Below, in pieces: positions 63,699 to 64,000 of a DNA stretch of 64,000 nucleotides. Position 1 is the first letter of the stretch. The number at the start of each line of letters is the position of its first letter. The notes below the pieces were generated by a model. That model was not told the origin of the DNA and ran no database searches. It saw nothing but the letters and a program-made list of their open reading frames with translations. The translations under genes and the position numbers were made by a program. This stretch comes from Eledone cirrhosa (lineage: Eukaryota): positions 176,452,001 through 176,516,000 of the forward strand of contig OZ024742.1 of the NCBI GenBank assembly GCA_964016885.1. The letters run 5' to 3'.

Positions 63699-63758
<60 letters not shown>

Positions 63759-63760
63759 TG

Positions 63761-63794
<34 letters not shown>

Positions 63795-63902
63795 CCTATA
63801 TCCATATACGTATATCCATATACGTATATACACATATATACACATGCACACATACATATATATATATACTTACATACATGAAGATATATATATATATATA
63901 TT

Positions 63903-63988
<86 letters not shown>

Positions 63989-64000
63989 AGTGTGTGTGTG

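Larger units (their letters stand above)
59099..63700. mobile_element. Head-to-head palindromic pair of truncated Naiad-type PLEs
   Basis: Arms 59895-61659 and 61802-63565, plus outer arms 59099-59230 and 63566-63700; central spacer encodes RT end (IVNFLDVT). Confidence 0.93.

Overview
AT-rich, microsatellite-dense eukaryotic (animal) DNA made almost entirely of retroelements. I found no host gene. The SINE families and the (TA)n/(TG)n/(ATT)n content resemble octopus/coleoid cephalopod DNA (inference). 1-3.8 kb: an RTE-clade LINE with an uninterrupted 991-aa APE-RT ORF that has a PHD finger inside the RT region. 4-22.5 kb: a pile-up of elements joined by (ATT)n tracts, with R4/Dong-type RLE elements always on -, and Tx1/L1-type elements and tRNA-SINEs always on +. 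30-39 kb: a decayed RTE and another R4 copy nested in a Penelope-like repeat. 40-64 kb: Naiad-type Penelope-like elements (PLEs) and non-coding derivatives. The main signal missing from the ORF track is about 8 intact or near-intact, and several decayed, minimal type I hammerhead ribozyme (HHR) motifs. Most lie in fold-back elements, and in three cases the inverted arm starts at or inside the ribozyme. There is also a 420-nt ORF-less partial tandem carrying an HHR (retrozyme-like). All alignments and folds were done by eye, and element boundaries are approximate.
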